64,000 nt of DNA from an uncultured Candidatus Saccharibacteria bacterium (GCA_964504255.1 CAZDDU010000001.1:33843-97842); one strand, 5' to 3'. Positions 48,212-58,210 are shown, numbered from the stretch's first letter. Notes: a model not told the origin generated them from the letters alone. A program made the numbers and translations.

Positions 48212-49273
48212 ATGCCCGGGTTGAAGTTCGTTCTCAACGCTGTTGTCGTACTGCTCTTGGTCTACATCTCGAGCTTCGCGTTCGACCTCATGAACTACCC
48301 CGACGACTTCGCGGTCGCCGGAGGGATCGCCATCCTCGTGGTGGAGTTCCTGGTGGCGATGTACATGATCAAGAAGAACCCCTTCTCCGCGATCTCTCGC
48401 AAGGGAGCGAGCGGGAAGAAGAAGCCGACGAACAAGACGGCGGCCATCATGCTGATCGTCGGTATCGTCGGGGCAAACACGGCCTGCTATCAGGTCGTCG
48501 AGCCCGGACACGCTGGGATCAAGATCAACATGGCCGGTAGTGACCGAGGTGTCTCTGACATCACGGTCCAGACCGGACGTGTGTGGTACAACCCGGTCAA
48601 TACGCGGGTGTTCGAATACCCGACCTTCGTCCAGACAGCTGTTTGGAAGAGGGATTCGGAGCTGAACGAAGAGATCTCGTTCAACAGCAAGGAAGGAATC
48701 ACCTTCACCGCTGATCTGTCGCTTTCGTGGCAGATCCAGACTGACAAGGTGCCGAACTTCTACGTCATGTTCCGCAACGATGATGTGACGGCGTTCACGC
48801 ACGGGTTCCTTCGGAACATCGCGCGCGACGCCTTCACCGAGATCGCGCCCAGTTACACAAGCGAAGAGATCTACAGCACCAAGATGGGCGAACTCGTCAC
48901 TCGGGTCAAGGCCCGCACGGACTCGCTCATCGTCGCATACGGCGTGCATCTCCAGCAGTTCGGCTTCATCGGAGCCCCTCGCCCACCTGAGAACATCGTC
49001 AAGTCTCTCAACCTGAAGACCCAGGCGATCCAGGACGCGAGTGCGGCCGAGAACAAGCTCCGGCAGACGACTGCCGAAGCTCGGATGGCTGTTGCAAAGG
49101 CGCAGGGCGAGGCAGAGGCTAATCGCGCCCTTGCCAGCTCCCTCACCACTTCGATGCTCGAGTGGCGAAGACTGGAGATCACCGAGCAGAGCATCAAGAA
49201 GTGGGATGGGAAGTTGCCGGTCTATTCCGGTGGTACACTTCCCCTGATCCAACTGCCGACGCCGAATCGGTAA
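48212..49273 (+). CDS. SPFH/band 7 (prohibitin-like) domain protein
   Basis: VEPGHAGIKI, AKAQGEAEAN, KWDGKLP; AGGAGGAG SD; GC-rich codons. Confidence 0.9.
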   Translation: MPGLKFVLNAVVVLLLVYISSFAFDLMNYPDDFAVAGGIAILVVEFLVAMYMIKKNPFSAISRKGASGKKKPTNKTAAIMLIVGIVGANTACYQVVEPGHAGIKINMAGSDRGVSDITVQTGRVWYNPVNTRVFEYPTFVQTAVWKRDSELNEEISFNSKEGITFTADLSLSWQIQTDKVPNFYVMFRNDDVTAFTHGFLRNIARDAFTEIAPSYTSEEIYSTKMGELVTRVKARTDSLIVAYGVHLQQFGFIGAPRPPENIVKSLNLKTQAIQDASAAENKLRQTTAEARMAVAKAQGEAEANRALASSLTTSMLEWRRLEITEQSIKKWDGKLPVYSGGTLPLIQLPTPNR

Positions 49274-49428
49274 CTAAGCCGCAAGATGTAAGGAAAAGTC
49301 GTTCGACTGCTCCACATCGAGCGGCTTTTCTGTTGTGTTTTGACAACTAGGGAGTTTTGCTTTAACTTACGACACAGACTTGTAGGACGACGAGCAATCC
49401 AGCCGTCGAACGATAGGGGGCAGCAATA

Positions 49429-49749
49429 GTGCACATGTCTCGGAGTAGCGGACAGGCTCGCGCGGGTGCTCATGGTCACAGGGGCAACAAGCGTCGAAGC
49501 AAGAAACCGAAGAGCATGCCTGTGAGTCTGCTTGTCTCGGAGAGGCAGCACGGAGTGGTGAAGTGGTTCAGTGAGAGTATGGGCTACGGCTTCATCGGTC
49601 GGAAGAAGGGGACTCCCGATGTCTTCGTCCATTACTCGAGTATTCTCGGCACCGGCTTCAAGAGCCTCGCCGAAGGCAACAGGGTTGCCTTCGATGTCGA
49701 GAGGACGAAGAAGGGTCTCGCGGCTACGAATGTGAGGGTTGTGGACTAA
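49429..49749 (+). CDS. Cold-shock domain protein with basic N-terminal extension (start uncertain)
   Basis: GVVKWF, GYGFI, DVFVHYS, GFKSL, ATNV. Confidence 0.92.
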   Translation: MHMSRSSGQARAGAHGHRGNKRRSKKPKSMPVSLLVSERQHGVVKWFSESMGYGFIGRKKGTPDVFVHYSSILGTGFKSLAEGNRVAFDVERTKKGLAATNVRVVD

Positions 49750-49819
49750 TCCCGCCAAATGGCGGGTTTTTCTTTTCTAGATCCTCATGTATAGTGCTTA
49801 ACAGGCCCTTATTCCGGAG

Positions 49820-50194
49820 GTGGGGATGTACACGGATGGTAGTATTGGTGGTGATGAGGAGACGGTGGGGAGGGATGCTCAACCTATCACAGCTGAGGAG
49901 TGGATCATTCTCGAGAGACTCTTCTCGAGCGATCGCACAAGGGAGGTGTTGGTGGCCCTTCGCCTGAACGACAACGATCCCGTCGAGGTGTCGGAGTTCA
50001 CTGAGATCCGCTTCACGAGGAGTGTCCTCGGGGGTATGTGTTCTGTCCTCACCCGAGAGAAGGTTGAATTAACCCTAGCTCTGCTTTACCCCAAGAAGCC
50101 CATGCGGGCTAACAAGGTCTTCTTCAAGCGAGTGGTGAGACCCAAGGTCACCGACTTCCAAATGTCTCAGATTCGAGCTGCGCCCTGTCACTAG
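49820..50194 (+). CDS. Hypothetical protein (ORFan module)
   Basis: GGAGG SD; hairpin GCCCTGTC/GACGGGGC-TTTTT overlapping the stop. Confidence 0.6.
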   Translation: MGMYTDGSIGGDEETVGRDAQPITAEEWIILERLFSSDRTREVLVALRLNDNDPVEVSEFTEIRFTRSVLGGMCSVLTREKVELTLALLYPKKPMRANKVFFKRVVRPKVTDFQMSQIRAAPCH

Positions 50195-50217
50195 ACGGGG
50201 CTTTTTCTTTGCTGGGA

Positions 50218-50420
50218 TTGACTATTATTGGGCTAAACAGTAATATGTCGCGAGCGCTATACCGCTTCTGCTTGTTCTTTGAGGCCTCTCAATATGGGCT
50301 GAGCTAAGCGGTTTTGCGTTCCTCGTCACTACGAGGTTGAATCGGAACTGGAAGAAGATGTGTTCTCGAACTTCTTCTGTTTCTGAAAAACTTAATTAAT
50401 TAAATTTATACATAAAATAT
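50218..50420 (+). promoter_or_regulatory. tuf promoter and structured 5' leader
   Basis: TTGACT-N17-TAATAT; stems ACCGCTT/AAGCGGT, CCTCGT/ACGAGG, GAAGAAG/CTTCTTC. Confidence 0.55.
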
Positions 50421-51623
50421 ATGGCAGACGCTTTTGATCGCTCAAAGCCACACGTAAACGTCGGTACTATCGGCCACGTTGACCACGGCAAGACGACTCT
50501 AACCGCAGGTATTCTCCATGTCCTCGACATGAATAAGGACAAGGGTTACGGTGCTCGTGTTGAAGCAATTGATAAGATCGACTCAGCTCCTGAGGAGCGT
50601 GAGAGAGGTATTACTATCGCCCTCCACCACTCAGAGTACTGGACACCAGCTCGTCACTACGCACACATCGATGCGCCAGGACACGCTGACTACATCAAGA
50701 ACATGATCACCGGTGCCGCTCAAATGGACGGTGCAGTGCTCGTGGTTGCAGCAACTGACGGTGTTATGCCTCAGACTCGTGAACACATCCTTCTTGCTAA
50801 GCAGGTTGGTGTGCCTAAGATTATCGTCTTCCTAAACAAGTGTGACATGGTTCCTGACAAGGAGCTTATCGACCTTGTGGAAGAGGAGATCCGCGATCTT
50901 CTTACTAAGCACGACTTCGACGGTGCTAACGCGCCTGTGATCCGTGGCTCAGGTCTTAAGGCTCTTGAGGCTAAGGATATGAGTGATGAATGGGCACAAA
51001 AGGTGTTCGAACTCATTTCTACTCTTGATACCTACTTCCCAAATCCAGTTCGTGAGATGGACAAGCCATTCCTTATGCCAATTGAGGACATCTTCTCTAT
51101 CGAAGGTCGTGGAACAGTGGTTACAGGTCGTATCGAGAGAGGTATGGTCAAGGTTGGTGAGGATGCAGAGATCATCGGTCTCCGCGACACCATGAAGACT
51201 ACTGTTACTGGAATTGAAATGTTCAACAAGCAGCTCCAAGAGGGTATGGCCGGAGACAACGCCGGAATCCTACTCAGAGGTGTGAAGAAGGAGGACCTAT
51301 CTCGCGGTCAAGTTATCGCAAAACCAGGTTCAGTTACTCCTCACACTGAGTTTACAGCTGAGGTGTACATCTTGAAGAAGGAGGAAGGTGGTCGCCACAC
51401 TCCATTCTTCACTGGATACAAGCCACAGTTCTACATCCGTACAACTGACGTTACCGGAGAAGTAACTCTAAACGCAGGTGTCGAGATGATCATGCCTGGA
51501 GACACAGCAACCTTCAATGTGAAGTTGACCGCTCCTGTCGCTCTTGAGGATCAGACTCACTTCGCTATTCGCGAGGGTGGTAAGACAGTGGGTGCCGGTG
51601 TCGTAACAAAGGTCGTTAAGTAA
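50421..51623 (+). CDS. tuf: Elongation factor Tu
   Basis: [31 protein letters not shown]. Confidence 0.99.
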   Translation: MADAFDRSKPHVNVGTIGHVDHGKTTLTAGILHVLDMNKDKGYGARVEAIDKIDSAPEERERGITIALHHSEYWTPARHYAHIDAPGHADYIKNMITGAAQMDGAVLVVAATDGVMPQTREHILLAKQVGVPKIIVFLNKCDMVPDKELIDLVEEEIRDLLTKHDFDGANAPVIRGSGLKALEAKDMSDEWAQKVFELISTLDTYFPNPVREMDKPFLMPIEDIFSIEGRGTVVTGRIERGMVKVGEDAEIIGLRDTMKTTVTGIEMFNKQLQEGMAGDNAGILLRGVKKEDLSRGQVIAKPGSVTPHTEFTAEVYILKKEEGGRHTPFFTGYKPQFYIRTTDVTGEVTLNAGVEMIMPGDTATFNVKLTAPVALEDQTHFAIREGGKTVGAGVVTKVVK

Positions 51624-51648
51624 TCCTGTTCGCAAGAACAAAGCCACA

Positions 51649-52011
51649 ATGGCTAAAGCAAAAGTAACAACAAAAAAAGCTGTGAAAGCAGGAGCATCCG
51701 AGGGTGTCGGCAAGCTTCGAATCCGTGTCAGAGCTTATGAGAGCAAGATCCTTGATGTATCAGTGAAGCAAATCATCGACACTGCTCTCCGCTATGACGC
51801 AGAGATTCAGGGTCCGATACCTCTTCCAACAGAGATTAAGAAGTACACAGTGAACCGCGCTGCGTTCGTATACAAGAATGCTCGAGAACAATTCGAAATG
51901 CGAATACACAAGCGCTTAGTGGACATTGTTAATCCTTCTGGTAAGGTAATCGAGGCTCTAACAAACTTGTCTCTCCCCAGTGGAGTGAACATAGATGTGA
52001 AGATGATCTAG
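51649..52011 (+). CDS. rpsJ: 30S ribosomal protein S10
   Basis: GPIPLPT, REQFEMRIHKR. Confidence 0.98.
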   Translation: MAKAKVTTKKAVKAGASEGVGKLRIRVRAYESKILDVSVKQIIDTALRYDAEIQGPIPLPTEIKKYTVNRAAFVYKNAREQFEMRIHKRLVDIVNPSGKVIEALTNLSLPSGVNIDVKMI

Positions 52012-52032
52012 TTCGACAAGCTCACTACGAGT
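52009..52032 (+). repeat. REP-like element at the rpsJ stop codon
   Basis: TAGTTCGACAAGCTCACTACGAGT. Confidence 0.88.
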
Positions 52033-52038
52033 AAAAAC

Positions 52039-52473
52039 ATGAAATCCATCATTACCAAGAAAGTAAATATGACCCAAATCTTCGACGAAAGTGGACGGGC
52101 TTTGCCCGTGACCATCCTTGTTGCAGCCGAGCCTATTGGCGAGGGTGCCCTTGTAGAGGGGGATATGGTTGTAATAACAGGTACTTCTAAGGGTAAGGGA
52201 TTCCAAGGTGTCGTTAAACGTCACGGCTTCAAAGGAGGCAGACGCTCACACGGTCAGAAGCACTCAGAACGTGAGCCAGGCTCCATTGGTGGAGGTGGAC
52301 GCGCTGGAGGTAGAGTGGCTAAGGGTATGCGCATGGCAGGTCGTATGGGTAACGAAACCGTTACTCAGAAGAACCTAAAGGTGGTTAAGATTCTTCCTGA
52401 ATCTAACGAGATCTTTATCCATGGTGCAGTCCCTGGTAGACGTGGAAGCAAGGTAATGATTAAGACCAACTAA
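52039..52473 (+). CDS. rplC: 50S ribosomal protein L3, internally deleted (144 aa)
   Basis: [34 protein letters not shown]. Confidence 0.95.
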   Translation: MKSIITKKVNMTQIFDESGRALPVTILVAAEPIGEGALVEGDMVVITGTSKGKGFQGVVKRHGFKGGRRSHGQKHSEREPGSIGGGGRAGGRVAKGMRMAGRMGNETVTQKNLKVVKILPESNEIFIHGAVPGRRGSKVMIKTN

Positions 52474-52474
52474 C

Positions 52475-53158
52475 ATGGAAGCTCAGATCTACAACAGCAA
52501 GGGGGTGGAGGCGGGAATGATCAAACTACCTGAGGAACTCTTTGGTCTCTCTTGGAATGCTGATCTTGTGCACCAGGTGGCCACCTCTCTTCAGAGCAAC
52601 ATGAGAAAGAACATTGCTCACACCAAGACTCGTGGTGAGGTTCGCGGAGGAGGTAAGAAGCCATGGCAGCAGAAGGGTACCGGTCGCGCTCGCCATGGAT
52701 CAACTCGCTCTCCTATATGGGTTGGTGGAGGTGTTGCTCATGGTCCAAGAAACGACAAGAACTTCCAAAGAGTGGTAAACAAGTCTATGCGCACCAAGGC
52801 TCTCTACACCATCCTCTCAAAGAAATTTAAGGAAGGTGAGGTGCTCTTTGTCGACAGTCTCAACCTCTCTACACCAAAGACCAAGGATGCGGTAGCTCTT
52901 ATGAAGAACCTCTCTAAGGTTAAGGGCTTCGAGAAGCTTGAGAACAAGAGGAAGAATGCTGCTCTCTTCGCCACTGCAACCAAGAGTGTTGGGGTAGAGA
53001 AGAGTATGAAGAACATTGGTAGCCTAGAAGTAGTGGAGGCAAGAAACTTGAATCCAATCTCACTTCTAAGTTACAAGTACTTGGTAATCGAGAACCCAGA
53101 GGCATCACTCAAGGTCCTCCCAGGAGCCTCTTCTACTGAGGTCAGAGCAAGCAAATAA
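52475..53158 (+). CDS. rplD: 50S ribosomal protein L4
   Basis: [19 protein letters not shown]. Confidence 0.98.
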   Translation: MEAQIYNSKGVEAGMIKLPEELFGLSWNADLVHQVATSLQSNMRKNIAHTKTRGEVRGGGKKPWQQKGTGRARHGSTRSPIWVGGGVAHGPRNDKNFQRVVNKSMRTKALYTILSKKFKEGEVLFVDSLNLSTPKTKDAVALMKNLSKVKGFEKLENKRKNAALFATATKSVGVEKSMKNIGSLEVVEARNLNPISLLSYKYLVIENPEASLKVLPGASSTEVRASK

Positions 53159-53162
53159 TTTT

Positions 53163-53492
53163 ATGGCTGAAAAGAAAACAACAAAGAAGGAGAAGAAGGT
53201 GGTTGAGAAGACAGAAGTGTCGAAGTCTGTCATCGTCTCTCCAAGAATGACCGAGAAGGCGGTACTCTCTCAGGAGTCTAGAGGAGTCTATGTCTTCAAT
53301 GTGAAGCGTGACTCAACCAAGAAGCAGATTACCGCTTCTGTTAAGGCGGACTACAAGGTAACTCCACTTAAGGTGAGAACCTCCCAAGTCCCTTCTAAGC
53401 AGAAGTTCTCTCGCGGCAAGTGGGGTGTGAAGGGCGGCGGCAAGAAGGCGTATGTATATTTGAAGAAGGGCGATAAGATCGCAATCGCATAG
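53163..53492 (+). CDS. rplW: 50S ribosomal protein L23
   Basis: PRMTEKA, YVFNV, KKAYVYL. Confidence 0.95.
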   Translation: MAEKKTTKKEKKVVEKTEVSKSVIVSPRMTEKAVLSQESRGVYVFNVKRDSTKKQITASVKADYKVTPLKVRTSQVPSKQKFSRGKWGVKGGGKKAYVYLKKGDKIAIA

Positions 53493-53519
53493 TTCGACTG
53501 CGCTCACTACATGTAAACC
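53490..53519 (+). repeat. REP-like element at the rplW stop codon
   Basis: TAGTTCGACTGCGCTCACTACATGTAAACC. Confidence 0.8.
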
Positions 53520-53522
53520 AAA

Positions 53523-54362
53523 ATGAAACGATACAAACCAACAACCAAATCGAGGAGAAACATGACTGGAATCAACTTCCGCAAGTTGATCACGTCTACT
53601 ACTCCAGTTAAGTCACTCACTACTGGGTTCAAGAGAGGTGACGGACGCAACAACACTGGTCGTATCACTACTCGTCACAAGGGAGGTGGACACAAGAGAC
53701 GCTTCCGAGATATTGATTTCGTATTTGATAAGAAGAATGTTCCCTTCACTGTGAAGACAATTGAGTACGATCCAAACCGCTCTGGCTTTATCGGACTTGT
53801 AGCTTACAAGGATGGAGAGAGGAGATACATCTTGCTCTCAAAGAGTATGCGAGTTGGAGACACTTTTGTCGCAAGTGAGACAGCAACCATTACTCCTGGC
53901 AACAGACTCCCACTTAAGAGCATCCCAGTTGGTACTTTCGTATATAACGTAGAGCTTAAACCTCAAGGTGGTTCTAAGATCGCTCGCTCAGCTGGTAACT
54001 ATGTAGAAGTGTCTGCTAAGGATGCTGGTTATGTAGACTTGAAGATGCCATCAAGTGAGGTTCGCAAAGTTCTGGAGACTTGTTGGGCAACTATTGGTGA
54101 AGTGTCGAACGACGAGAATAGACTCGTAAACCTAGGCAAGGCAGGACGCTCAAGATGGCTTGGTATCCGCCCAACTACTCGAGGTACTGCGATGAACCCA
54201 GTAGACCACCCACACGGAGGAGGAGAGGGTAGACAGGGTCGAGGTCGCAGACGCGCTATCTCAGTCTACGGTAAGCCAACAGGCAAGGGCCAGAAGTCGA
54301 GAAGAGCAAAGAAGTACTCGAACAAGCATATTGTCAGAAGAAGAAAGGTTGGAAAGAAATAG
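53523..54362 (+). CDS. rplB: 50S ribosomal protein L2
   Basis: GRNNTGRIT, EYDPNRS, MNPVDHPHGGGEG. Confidence 0.99.
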   Translation: MKRYKPTTKSRRNMTGINFRKLITSTTPVKSLTTGFKRGDGRNNTGRITTRHKGGGHKRRFRDIDFVFDKKNVPFTVKTIEYDPNRSGFIGLVAYKDGERRYILLSKSMRVGDTFVASETATITPGNRLPLKSIPVGTFVYNVELKPQGGSKIARSAGNYVEVSAKDAGYVDLKMPSSEVRKVLETCWATIGEVSNDENRLVNLGKAGRSRWLGIRPTTRGTAMNPVDHPHGGGEGRQGRGRRRAISVYGKPTGKGQKSRRAKKYSNKHIVRRRKVGKK

Positions 54363-54395
54363 CAGGTCCGCTCACTACAAGTAAGAACCAAAAAA

Positions 54396-54419
54396 ACTCG
54401 CTCAAGGGCGAGTTTTTTG
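54396..54419 (+). repeat. 24-bp terminator/promoter direct repeat, copy 1 of 3
   Basis: ACTCGCTCAAGGGCGAGTTTTTTG. Confidence 0.92.
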
Positions 54420-54459
54420 TTAAGGTGGTGGGAGATACGACCTCAACCAGGAGCCCATT

Positions 54460-54843
54460 ATGTCTAAAAGGCATGGTACCGCCAGACCAGTTGGTTCTTT
54501 CCGTGATGGAGATGTTGTTAAGGGTAAAATAATCACCGTCTTTGCAACTACTCGTAATACCGATCTCGCCGAAGGTCGCGGCCAAACAATTGACCATTCA
54601 TATCATTTGAGCGCGCACGACGCGAAGACTGGAGCTCATGGTATCGATGTGATGGGATCAGATGGTAAGACCAAAGAAGTTTTGGCTCTTCAAGAAGACG
54701 AAAGCGGGAGAGTTTATCTCTTCGCCAACAACTCTTCACCGGTTACCATTAAAGAGGATCCTGAAGCACTTGCCAAACTTCGGAAAAGCGCCTTCAACAA
54801 GTTGAGTTCTAGTGAGAGGGCGGCACTGAATCTTGGTGATTAG
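54460..54843 (+). CDS. Hypothetical protein (cassette 1)
   Basis: AGGAG SD, 127 aa, C-terminal SAFNKLSSSERAALNL. Confidence 0.75.
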   Translation: MSKRHGTARPVGSFRDGDVVKGKIITVFATTRNTDLAEGRGQTIDHSYHLSAHDAKTGAHGIDVMGSDGKTKEVLALQEDESGRVYLFANNSSPVTIKEDPEALAKLRKSAFNKLSSSERAALNLGD

Positions 54844-54858
54844 ATCTTGTTGGTCATG

Positions 54859-54882
54859 ACTCGCTCAAGGGCGAGTTTTTTG
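54859..54882 (+). repeat. 24-bp terminator/promoter direct repeat, copy 2 of 3
   Basis: Identical to 54396-54419. Confidence 0.92.
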
Positions 54883-54895
54883 ATATATTCGACAA

Positions 54896-55384
54896 ATGAA
54901 AAAATTAGATAAAAAGGCTGTTTGGTTGTTCTTCCTTCAGTACGTTTGGAGCTTTGTTTACCTTGGAGCTTTCGTGGTCGCTATTACACTTTCTGCTCTT
55001 GATGGGGAGATTTCTGTTATGGCGGTACTTAACCTGATTGGCTGGGTTCTGCTGACCGTATTACTTGTTTCCTATTTTGTATCACATCTTGCTTACAAGT
55101 TTTATCTATACGAACTTTCGAATATTGGGTTCAAAAAGGAATCTGGAATTATTTGGAAGCAGTATGTCACCATCCCTTACGATAGAATTCAGAATGTAGA
55201 TATTTATCGAGGAGTTCTAGCAAGAATCCTTGGTCTCTCGGACCTGCAAATTCACACCGCTGGAGTTGGTGGAGTAGCGATGGGTGAAGGTAGGTTACCT
55301 GGACTCTCGATGGCCGATGCGGAAGTAATGCGAGATGAGCTAATAAACAGATCTAGACAATCAAGATCAGGTCAGGGTCTTTAA
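54896..55384 (+). CDS. Bacterial PH domain membrane protein (YdbS-like; cassette 2)
   Basis: Two TMs, TIPYDRIQNVDI..G.LARILGL..L.IHTAG. Confidence 0.88.
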   Translation: MKKLDKKAVWLFFLQYVWSFVYLGAFVVAITLSALDGEISVMAVLNLIGWVLLTVLLVSYFVSHLAYKFYLYELSNIGFKKESGIIWKQYVTIPYDRIQNVDIYRGVLARILGLSDLQIHTAGVGGVAMGEGRLPGLSMADAEVMRDELINRSRQSRSGQGL

Positions 55385-55391
55385 AGAAAAA

Positions 55392-55415
55392 ACTCGCTCA
55401 AGGGCGAGTTTTTTG
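55392..55415 (+). repeat. 24-bp terminator/promoter direct repeat, copy 3 of 3
   Basis: Identical to 54396-54419. Confidence 0.92.
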
Positions 55416-55450
55416 ATAGTCTCAAGGCAGACGACTCCAGGGAGGATTAA

Positions 55451-55669
55451 ATGGCGCATGGGCCTTTAGTGTTGACGATCAATCGAGATGAAGAGCGGGC
55501 GCTTAAGTTCGCAGAAGAAGTAGTAGAGCGATGTCCAGAAGTTCGCGTGAGCAAGATGATTGATTTCGGTCCACCAGAACTCTGCCATGGGATTGGTCGC
55601 TACATCTGGCCGGAAGGCAAGATCAGGAAGTTTTTGAACAAGAAGTTCAATTTGGAGCCCCCGCTGTGA
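55451..55669 (+). CDS. Small hypothetical protein (cassette 3)
   Basis: GGAGG SD, 72 aa, terminator AGCCCC/GGGGCT-TTTT over the stop. Confidence 0.65.
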   Translation: MAHGPLVLTINRDEERALKFAEEVVERCPEVRVSKMIDFGPPELCHGIGRYIWPEGKIRKFLNKKFNLEPPL

Positions 55670-55695
55670 GGGGCTTTTTCTTATCTACACATTTA

Positions 55696-55716
55696 TACCA
55701 AGGCCCGGCCTTGGTA
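55696..55716. repeat. Short palindrome
   Basis: TACCAAGG-CCCGG-CCTTGGTA. Confidence 0.55.
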
Positions 55717-55761
55717 AGGGGAGGTTGTCAGGGTAGGCAAATTGATGTAGAGTAGTCGACA

Positions 55762-55850
55762 AAGGTCAAAGACAGAAGGCCCTTCGAATACCTCAGGGTA
55801 AACGATATAAGCCCTTCCGAGATCACTCTCAATCCGAGACCTTTGTGGTC
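55762..55850 (+). promoter_or_regulatory. L10 leader-like autoregulatory RNA
   Basis: AAAGACAGAAGG...TAAA...CCCTTCCGAG directly upstream of rplJ, resembling the L10 leader motif. Confidence 0.7.
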
Positions 55851-55887
55851 GATTTTATTTGTCTAAATAACAGACAAACACAAAACA

Positions 55888-56376
55888 ATGGCAATTAATA
55901 AACAAAAGAAAGGAGAGATCATAGATAAGCTCTCGAAGGCTGTCAAGGATGCAAAGTCCTTGGTCTTCGTGAACTTCCATGGACTCAAGGTATCCGACAC
56001 TACCAACCTCAGGCGCGAGCTTAGGAAGGAGGGTGTGGAGTACCAAGTATCTAAGAAGACTCTCACCAAGCGCGTACTCGATTCCGAGAAGTTTGAGGGC
56101 ACAATGCCCGAACTCGAGGGCGAGCTCGCTATGGCATGGAGTGAGGATCTCATCGCACCTGCACGAGGTGTACACACTTTCGCTAAGAAATTTCCAGAGG
56201 CTCTAAAGATCCTTGGAGGAGTCTTCGAAGGTAGGTATATGAGTAAGGCAGAGATGATGGAGATCGCTACCATACCTCCAGTTGAGGTACTTAGAGGTAA
56301 GTTTGTAAACATTATTAACTCACCAATCCAGCGCTTCGCAATAGCTCTTGGAGAGGTAGCAAAGAAGAAAAATTAA
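55888..56376 (+). CDS. rplJ: 50S ribosomal protein L10
   Basis: FHGLKV, LRRELR, VSKKTL, precedes rplL. Confidence 0.96.
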   Translation: MAINKQKKGEIIDKLSKAVKDAKSLVFVNFHGLKVSDTTNLRRELRKEGVEYQVSKKTLTKRVLDSEKFEGTMPELEGELAMAWSEDLIAPARGVHTFAKKFPEALKILGGVFEGRYMSKAEMMEIATIPPVEVLRGKFVNIINSPIQRFAIALGEVAKKKN

Positions 56377-56377
56377 A

Positions 56378-56737
56378 ATGACAAAAGAACAAATCATCGA
56401 GGCAGTTGAGAAGTTGTCAGTCCTCGAACTCAACACACTCGTAAAGGCAATTGAGGAGAAGTGGGGAGTATCAGCTACAGCGGTTGCTGCCGCTGGTCCT
56501 GCCGCTGGTCCTGCTGAGGAGGCTAAGAGTACAGCCGATGTAGAACTTACTGACGGCGGTGCAAACAAGATTGCAGTCATCAAGGTCGTGAAGGAAGTAC
56601 TAGGACTTGGTCTCAAGGAGGCTAAGGACATGGTAGACGGTGCTCCAGCAATGCTTAAGGCCGGTATGAAGAAGGAGGACGCCGACGCTCTTAAGAAGAA
56701 GATCGAGGAGGCTGGTGGAAAGGTTACTCTTAAGTAA
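56378..56737 (+). CDS. rplL: 50S ribosomal protein L7/L12
   Basis: [22 protein letters not shown]. Confidence 0.98.
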   Translation: MTKEQIIEAVEKLSVLELNTLVKAIEEKWGVSATAVAAAGPAAGPAEEAKSTADVELTDGGANKIAVIKVVKEVLGLGLKEAKDMVDGAPAMLKAGMKKEDADALKKKIEEAGGKVTLK

Positions 56738-56760
56738 GTTTTCTCCAAAAGTTTCTCATC

Positions 56761-56788
56761 ACAAAACTCCCCGAAAGGGGAGTTTTGT
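56761..56788 (+). terminator. Terminator after rplL
   Basis: ACAAAACTCCCC-GAAA-GGGGAGTTTTGT. Confidence 0.85.
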
Positions 56789-56831
56789 TCATACTAGCGC
56801 TTTCGGGGGAGTGGGAGTAAAATACGCCCAC

Positions 56832-57404
56832 ATGGGGAAATCAATTTCACACTTATTTGGGAGTGAAGCGAAGGTCAAGATCATGCGTCTCTTTGTCTTC
56901 AACAAAGGATCAATATTTACTGCGAAGACTATTAGCGAGAGAGTGCAGGCAAGTGCCAAGGTGGTGAGGAAGGAGCTCACTAGTCTTATCAAGGCTGGTC
57001 TTGTATATAAGAGAGCAAGGGGTTATGTCCTTAATGCTGAGTATGACTATCTTAAGGCGGTAGAACGATTCTTGATCGAGGCCACACCAATCTCGGAGAA
57101 GGAGATCATAAGGAAGCTCTCTAAGGCGGGTAGTATGCGACTCATCCTTACTTCCGGCGTCTTCAAGCAGGACTCTGAGGCTAGAGTAGATCTACTTGTG
57201 GTGGGGGATAAGATCAAGGAGAGCACTCTTCTTCGCGCTATTAGCTCTCTTGAGGCAGATTTGGGCAAGGAGCTCCGCTTTGCGGCCTTTGAGACTCCTG
57301 ATTTCAAGTACCGCCTAGGTATATATGACAAACTTGTTCGCGACATCTTAGACTATCCACACAGGAAATTGGTCGATAAGGTCGGTCTCCAACCTAAGGT
57401 ATAA
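56832..57404 (+). CDS. Winged-helix plus nucleotidyltransferase-like domain protein
   Basis: LFGSEAKVKIMRLF HTH, SGVF...VDLLVVGD. Confidence 0.75.
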   Translation: MGKSISHLFGSEAKVKIMRLFVFNKGSIFTAKTISERVQASAKVVRKELTSLIKAGLVYKRARGYVLNAEYDYLKAVERFLIEATPISEKEIIRKLSKAGSMRLILTSGVFKQDSEARVDLLVVGDKIKESTLLRAISSLEADLGKELRFAAFETPDFKYRLGIYDKLVRDILDYPHRKLVDKVGLQPKV

Positions 57405-57455
57405 TATTTAGAAGCCCGCAAGGGCATTACTAGATAAACTGTACAGTAAGGATTT

Positions 57456-58148
57456 ATGTATATCAGCAACTGGGGAAACGTGCTTACGCTCTCGTTCCAG
57501 AATCTCTGGATGGGTATCGTTAGTTTCGTCCCGAACCTTGTCGTCGCGCTTATCATCGTCATTCTCGGATGGCTCGTTGGCGCATTGCTCGGCCGGGCAA
57601 TTTGGCAAGTGTTCCGCTCTTTGAAGGTTGACGAAGCACTTCGTCGCGCAGGATTCGAAGGATTCCTCCGCCGTGGTGGTGTTGATCTTGACTCGGGCGC
57701 GTTTATTGGCGGTCTTGTAAAGTGGTTTGTAGTAGTTGTTTTCTTGGTAGCGGCCTTCGACGTTCTCGGCCTTACTCAGGTTAACCTCTTCCTACAGCAG
57801 GTTGTTATAGCTTACCTTCCTCGCGTTATCGTAGCCGCTTTGGTCATCCTCGTTGGAGGTGTCATCGGCGACGTAGTCGAGAGAGTTGTAGTTACAGCAG
57901 CTCGTACTGCAGAGATTCGCTCAGCACACTTCGCTGGAGCAGTGTCTAAGTGGGCGGTTTGGGTCTTCGCTATATTGGTAGCGCTTTCTCAACTCGGCAT
58001 CGCAACGGCTTTCAGCCAGACACTCTTCACCGGTATCGTTATCGCTATCTCACTAGCACTTGGTCTCTCCTTTGGTCTTGGTGGCCAGGAGGCAGCAGCT
58101 CGATTCATCGAGAGGCTCCGAGGCGACATGGGTGGCAAGCACAACTAA
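57456..58148 (+). CDS. TM-helix repeat membrane protein (MscS/CmpX-like)
   Basis: FVPNLVVALII, YLPRVIVAALV, GLSFGLGG. Confidence 0.85.
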   Translation: MYISNWGNVLTLSFQNLWMGIVSFVPNLVVALIIVILGWLVGALLGRAIWQVFRSLKVDEALRRAGFEGFLRRGGVDLDSGAFIGGLVKWFVVVVFLVAAFDVLGLTQVNLFLQQVVIAYLPRVIVAALVILVGGVIGDVVERVVVTAARTAEIRSAHFAGAVSKWAVWVFAILVALSQLGIATAFSQTLFTGIVIAISLALGLSFGLGGQEAAARFIERLRGDMGGKHN

Positions 58149-58180
58149 TCAGGGTATTTCGCTAGATAATACCTAGATAA

Positions 58181-58210
58181 CAAAAAGAGGCTCTAAACAG
58201 CCTCTTTTTG
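58181..58210. terminator. Terminator hairpin
   Basis: CAAAAAGAGGCT-CTAAAC-AGCCTCTTTTTG. Confidence 0.8.

Noticed and set aside
48140-49252. 370-aa antisense ORF, and similarly 58301-58960
   Set aside because: Shadow frames of GC-rich sense genes that have SD, promoter and (for SPFH) a recognisable domain.
54396-55415. CRISPR array interpretation of the three 24-bp repeats
   Set aside because: The intervals are 440-510 bp and contain whole genes; no cas genes in the window.
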